Source of the DNA: Hypanus sabinus
Taxonomy: Eukaryota
NCBI RefSeq assembly: GCF_030144855.1
Contig: NC_082710.1
Location: forward strand, 170,624,001-170,688,000
Direction: 5' to 3'
DNA length: 64,000 nucleotides
The notes beneath the pieces are model-generated. The model was not told where the DNA came from and made no database searches. It was given only the letters and a program-made list of their open reading frames with translations. Position 1 is the first letter of the stretch, and each line of letters begins with the position of its first letter. Shown here piece after piece: positions 60,645 through 64,000 of this stretch. The translations under genes were made by a program, and so were the position numbers.

Positions 60645-63049
60645 AAACCACAGTCAATGAGAACCAGGTTGCAGTAAGATTAACCATTTACTGTTCACTC
60701 TTCACATTAACATATGGTTTATCTCGGCGTCTAATTCGGCGTTATCACTTACACCCGAACGAGAACGCTACAGTGAAAAAGCGTTGCTCTCACTGTGATT
60801 TCTAATGCTTGCAAAACAACTTCTGCTCGGGTCTGCCTTGTGGTGAGCCCCCACCCTTGCGTCGATCTCAAACCGGTCTTTTCCCACAAGATGCGGCGAA
60901 ACCGGATGTGACGTCATCACATGCCGATATATTTTACAGGCAATTAATATACTTTAAACACTTCTAATTCTAACTAGAAAATACTAACAAATAAATTACT
61001 AAGCAAAAATATTATAAACTAAATAACTGTCATAAAGACAACACACTCCCTGCCTGACCTTCGTAAGGTCACAATGAACAGAGTACAAAACTTAGTCTCT
61101 TAATCAGTCATTAGGTAGAAGTAGAATAACTTCTGTAACTGGCCTTTGGTAAATTTTCACATCGCCTTGGTCGGTGGTCTTCAACTCGACCTTCCTGACA
61201 TGTCCATCCCCACTAGGTATGTAGCAGTGATTCTGGCCATTGGCCAGCTGTTGCGGGCGATTTGCTTGTCCCTGAGCAGGACTAAGTCTCCAACTTGAAG
61301 ATTCCTACGGGGTTCTGTCCACTTTTGTCTGTGTTGCAACAAAGGTAGATATTCCTGTCTCCAGCGAGACCAGAATCGATTTGCCAGAGCTTGGACTTGT
61401 CTCCATTGCTTTGTGTACAAATCCTTGTCTCTCCTTGTGGAGGGGGAGCTCCTGCCTTCTGCGTAAGGAGCGTTGTTGGTGAAAGTATGAAGGGGTTTTC
61501 TGGGTTAGAAGACACAGGTAGGAATGGCCGTGCGTTTATAATGGCTGTGACCTCTGCCATTAGGGTGCACAGTACCTCGGGTGCATTGCTGCATCTCAGG
61601 TTTCTTTTTCCGGGTTTTTCGTAAAGACGTGAACCGCTTGACTGCCTGCTCTTTGTTATTTGGTGAGCGCTGGCGTGGTTCTCTGAAAGGCAATGGGGCG
61701 ACCCCATTCTTTGCTTCATCTCTGAAGACCTTGGTGTCCTTTGTTTTTAAGGAAATGGCATCTTGAGCTGATTGAGCAAGTTTATTACCATGCTCGGTTT
61801 GAATGAAAACTAAATGACCTAGCGTCTCGTCAGTTACTTTACGCTTGCTAACGTCTTGTTGTGCTTCCTTAGGGTACACCTTAGTGAGGCAGATCTTGGA
61901 ACAAGAACGGCTTGACTGACCTTGACCGCAAACTCCTGTACAGTTCGTGCTGACAACTGTTGTCCTATAGTGAGCCTCTCCCTCCCCACCGTCCTGTTGT
62001 GGGGGTGAAGGAGCGTTGTCGGTTCTTTCATTCTCAACTTCATCACGGAGTTGCGAGGATAAATTGTCTTCCTCGTATGGATGTGATGCAGTCGTGCCTC
62101 CCTGAGGTTCCTCATGGCTTGGGATGTTATCGAATATGTATGGAGGGGAAGAACAAGCCTACCTGTCTATTTGAGATCAGACATAGTCGATTGTGCATTC
62201 CAATCTGGTCCTTTCTGAAATAGATCTTACTTCGGCCAGATCATGCATTCCTTCAGCTTCTTCTATGTACTCTGCTTCCGCCTTGGCAGCTTCTTCTTCT
62301 CCTTCGAGCTGCAGCACTTGCAACTTTGTCGACATCCTTGCCATTTCCTTCTGGATTTCGGGTTCTCTTGCAGCCCTTTCCTTCTGGATTTCGGCTTCTT
62401 TGGCGGTCGCTTCCATTTTCAATTTTGCTAGTCGCTTGGCGTAGTCCACCCGCACATGGGCAGCATCTGCCTTTGCTCTTGCCTGGGCGGCCTTACTTGC
62501 TGATGCCCTACTGCCCTTGTCGCTGGGCGGCATCGACTTGATGCTGGATCGAGATGACATTGCAGCACTTGAAACACCTGATAATGTCGCTTTTTCACTG
62601 TAGCGTTCTCGTTCGGGTGTAAGTGATAACGCCGAATTAAACGCCGAGATAAACCATATGTTAATGTGAAGAGTGAACAGTAAATGGTTAATCTTACTGC
62701 GACCTGGTTCTCATTGACTGTGGTTTATCTCGGCGTTTAATTCGGCGTTATCACTTACACCTGAACGAGAACGCTACAGTGAAAAAGCGTTGCTCTCACT
62801 GTGATTTCTCATGCTTGCAAAACAACCTCTGCTCAGGTCTGCCTTGTGGTGAGCCCCCACCCTCGCGTCGATCTCAAACCGGTCTTTTCCCACAAGACGC
62901 GGCGAAACCGGATGTGACGTCATAACGTGCCGATATATTTTACAGGCAGTGAATATACTTTAAACACTTCGAATTCTAACTAGAAAATACTAACAAATGA
63001 ATTACTAAGCGAAAATATTATAAACTAAATAACTGTCATAAAGACAACA
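60645..63049 (-). mobile_element. Internally deleted BEL/Pao LTR retrotransposon inserted into the L1
   Basis: Direct repeats 60715-61043 and 62721-63049 (about 14 substitutions by hand count), starting TGTTG on minus; gag N-terminus (62560-62177); integrase C-terminus LCTLMAEVTAIINARP and WRQVQALANRFWSRWRQEYLPLLQHRQKW...GDLVLL, typical of BEL/Pao. Confidence 0.88.
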
Positions 63050-63051
63050 CA

Positions 63052-64000
63052 AACTGATAAAATTAATGCAGGGTAAGATGTTCATTTTAATGACTGATAT
63101 ACAGGCTGGGACTAATGCTGGCAGGTCTCCATCTATTAATATCTATTTTTTTCAAAATTAAAGAGTAATTTGTTTTAGCCACAGATGATAGGGAAGTATT
63201 AACTTTAATACCCAAGGAGTGGACCTCATTTGTCACCATAATTTGTAGAGGGAGAGACACCTTACTTTTATCTGTATTAATAAGCATCAGTGCTGATTTT
63301 GACAAATTAACTTTGTATCCTGAAAGAAATCCAAATTGCTCCAGTCTTTTTAAAACATAGGGGAGAGTTTGTTGAACATTTGCCATATAAACTAGCGTGT
63401 TATCCACGTAAGGTGATATCGAATGTGATGTTGTACCTATTGTAATAGGGGAGATCTAAGGACAGTTTCTAATTAACAGTGCAAGCAGTTCAATAGATAT
63501 AGTAAAAATTAAAGAAGATAAATGGTCCCCTTGTAGTGTGCCCTGTCCTATGTCAAATAACTCTGAGAAACCTCCTCCCACACATACCCGGGCTGAAGGA
63601 TGAGCATAGAATGTTTGAATCATATTGATAAATTTATCGCTGAACTTAAATTCTTTAAGAACTCTCCAAAGATATGGCCATTCAAGAGGATCTTTTTCCC
63701 CAAACGCTTTTACGGCATTTAGAAATAGCAGGCCACAGGCAGGTGGGATTTTATGTGTTGCACTCGGTATGTGTAAGAGCCGGCAAATATTATCAGATGC
63801 GAGACGCCCCTTGACAAAGCCCGTTTGATCTGGGTTAATTATTTTTCCAGCTACTGTCTCAAGTCTACTGGCTAAGACTTTGGAAAATATCTTGAGGTCA
63901 GCATTTATCAAGGAAATTGGACGGTAACTGGCACACTCCAAGGGGTCCTTACCGGGCTTAGTTATAACTGTGATCAGGGCTGTGTTTAGATCTCTATGGA
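63052..64000 (-). mobile_element. L1/Tx1-type LINE RT region (runs off the window)
   Basis: SYRPISLINADLKIFSKVLASRL...DQTGFVKGR...GTLQGDHLSSLIF; FSGYKVNLSKS-like motif. Confidence 0.88.

Noticed and set aside
60645-63049. DIRS/Ngaro (tyrosine recombinase) element, suggested by the inverted and split repeats
   Set aside because: Coding remnants are BEL/Pao gag and DDE-integrase tail; no recombinase or methyltransferase sequence is seen.
60641-63053. ACAAA/CAAA on both sides of the BEL element as a TSD
   Set aside because: The left end lacks a proper LTR terminus and appears deleted together with L1 sequence; a short A-rich match may be chance.

Overview
Vertebrate genomic DNA. It is probably from a cartilaginous fish (ray-like), inferred from a repeat landscape dominated by CR1, Rex1/Babar, Penelope and V-SINEs; this is not proven. 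There are two protein-coding genes, both on +. (1) DDR1: 16 coding exons traced by hand from 4880 to the stop at 36756, all GT-AG with consistent phases, about 916 aa without the signal peptide, whose exon was not found and is probably upstream of the window. It includes the DDR1b-type NPxY cassette exon and a probable ~4.9 kb 3'UTR ending near 41620. (2) An NKp30/NCR3-like gene about 15 kb downstream of the probable DDR1 polyA site: leader exon 56286-56328 and a germline-joined VJ-type Ig exon 57755-58093. Its TM/cytoplasmic exons were not found. This pairing suggests an MHC-linked region. Most other sequence is TE-derived, and there is one 148-N gap. The most unusual structure is an internally deleted BEL/Pao element (60645-63049, minus). 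Its LTR carries a 69-bp inverted repeat that overlaps the primer-binding position, and the 64-bp loop is flipped between the two LTR copies. Other leads are minimal hammerhead ribozyme motifs in Penelope remnants, a candidate 15-nt DDR1 microexon, miR-199 sites for both arms, and an NF-kB/ETS motif island. TE boundaries are approximate. All protein and motif comparisons are from memory; no alignment or database search was run.
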